From Octopus bimaculoides (Eukaryota), in assembly GCF_001194135.2 (NCBI RefSeq), contig NC_068989.1, forward strand, positions 44,242,330 through 44,306,329: a DNA stretch of 64,000 bases, in the 5' to 3' direction. The notes beneath the pieces were generated by a model. The model made no database searches. It had not been told where the DNA came from and was given only the letters and a program-made list of their open reading frames with translations. Of this stretch, positions 63,948-64,000 are shown piece by piece; the stretch's first letter is position 1, and every line of letters starts with the position of its first letter. Position numbers and translations under genes: made by a program.

Positions 63948-64000
<53 letters not shown>

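Overview
AT-rich, microsatellite- and SINE-dense animal DNA with 12 N-gaps. The repeat content suggests an octopus genome, which is an inference. Two convergent intron-rich genes were reconstructed by hand from GT-AG sites and reading phase; the ORF track shows only fragments of them. (1) On the + strand are the last three coding exons (3717-9118) of an invertebrate beta-class carbonic anhydrase with intact CxDxR and HxxC zinc/catalytic motifs, plus a possible alternative terminal exon at 11787-11866. (2) On the - strand are 19 phase-consistent coding exons (59945 down to 32732, about 800 codons) of a Drosophila-type timeless (tim1) clock gene. Its first ~85 codons are not in the visible sequence. 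This TIM looks far more compact than fly TIM. One tim intron carries a CRE + TATA + double E-box cluster. The intergenic and intronic DNA holds Penelope-like inverted repeats with minimal hammerhead-ribozyme motifs, Tc1/mariner and hAT remnants and MITEs, RTE-like LINE fragments, an LTR with a primer-binding site, several SINE families and minisatellites. Protein comparisons were made from remembered family sequences, not from database searches.
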